DNA of 64,000 nucleotides from an uncultured Erysipelotrichaceae bacterium (GTDB lineage Bacteria; Bacillota_I; Bacilli_A; Erysipelotrichales; Erysipelotrichaceae): NCBI GenBank assembly GCA_934725085.1, contig CAKVAL010000003.1, positions 22,894 to 86,893 of the forward strand, read 5' to 3'. Shown piece by piece: positions 63,603 to 64,000 of this stretch (position 1 is its first letter; each line of letters starts with the position of its first letter). The notes under the pieces were generated by a model. It saw only the letters and a program-made list of their open reading frames with translations, ran no database searches and was not told where the DNA came from. The position numbers and the translations under genes were made by a program.

Positions 63603-64000
63603 ATGGGAGGATTTTTTGGGGTAGCCTCTAAAAAGAAATGCGTAATCGACTTATATTTTGGTGTCGACTACCATTCACATTTAGGCACAAGACGTGGTGG
63701 TCTTGCGGTATATGATAAGGAATATGGTTTTCAAAGATCTATTCATAATATCGAAAATTCACCATTTAGAACTAAATTCGAAAAAGAGATAGACGACTTT
63801 AAAGGTAATATGGGTATCGGCTGTATCAGCGATGGTGAAGCACAACCTTTATTAGTTAACTCTCATTTAGGTTCTTTTGCGATCACAACAGTAGGTCGTA
63901 TCAATAATCTTAATGAACTAAAAGAAAAATGCTTTAAATATGGAACAACTCACTTTCTTGAAATGAGCGGTGGTGAAATAAATCCAACAGAACTTGTAGC
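63603..64000 (+). CDS. amidophosphoribosyltransferase-like class II glutamine amidotransferase (5' part, runs off the window)
   Basis: ATG at 63603 after GGAAAGGAAA. The open frame runs to the window end. MGGFFGV...DYHSHLGTRRGG resembles the clostridial PurF-type N-terminus, and it follows purC. Confidence 0.55.
   Translation, partial: MGGFFGVASKKKCVIDLYFGVDYHSHLGTRRGGLAVYDKEYGFQRSIHNIENSPFRTKFEKEIDDFKGNMGIGCISDGEAQPLLVNSHLGSFAITTVGRINNLNELKEKCFKYGTTHFLEMSGGEINPTELV

Noticed and set aside
1-64000. Alternative genetic code (TGA = Trp, as in Mollicutes), considered because of the very AT-rich composition and the IS1634 family.
   Set aside because: TGA terminates well-defined genes at conserved C-termini, for example rimM at 1571-1573 and the Phd-like ORF at 29300-29302. 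No conserved protein needs read-through of an in-frame TGA.
1-64000. Scan for rRNA genes, tRNA genes and T-box leaders.
   Set aside because: Apart from the regions already discussed, the intergenic regions are short. None shows tRNA-like acceptor or T-arm features, rRNA signatures or T-box motifs, and no aminoacyl-tRNA synthetase genes are present. This was a by-eye scan only, so tRNAscan-SE or Infernal should confirm it.

Overview
This is a 64-kb chromosomal window from an AT-rich, low-GC Gram-positive (Bacillota) genome. TGA is used as a stop codon and the RNase P RNA is Bacillus-type (type B). Most of the window is housekeeping DNA in Bacillus-like order: rpsP-KH-rimM-trmD ... rplS-lepB-LOG-rbgA-rnhB-dprA-topA-trmFO; rpsB-tsf-pyrH-frr-uppS-cdsA-dxr-rseP-galE; PFOR; plsY/parE-parC; yqeG-yqeH-yhbY-yqeK-rsfS-yqeM; dnaD-nth; truB-FAD synthetase-RsmF-like-Asp23; ponA-recU/gpsB-rnpB; guanine riboswitch-purC-purF. 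Accessory content sits between these blocks. (1) About 9 kb is inserted between trmD and rplS. It holds a HAD phosphatase, an Fe-ADH, two tandem unannotated modules that look like type I toxin-antitoxin loci, and a GntR/HutC regulator divergent from a mannose-family PTS operon. The regulator and PTS operon are split by an IS1634-family element flanked by a 115-bp target duplication. (2) A decayed third copy of the toxin-like module lies upstream of rplS. (3) A truncated rhuM-like fragment is flanked by a duplicated rbgA 5' end. (4) A translationally coupled five-gene envelope operon runs 29.1-36.3 kb: Phd/YefM-like protein, membrane-anchored protein, secreted glucosaminidase, PASTA-repeat protein, TupA-like ATP-grasp. 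(5) An orphan gene encodes a MazF/PemK-like N-terminus. (6) A four-domain flavodiiron-rubredoxin protein is present. The best candidate for something undescribed is the tandem small-peptide/antisense-RNA module at 4255-4890. I found no rRNA, tRNA or CRISPR array.
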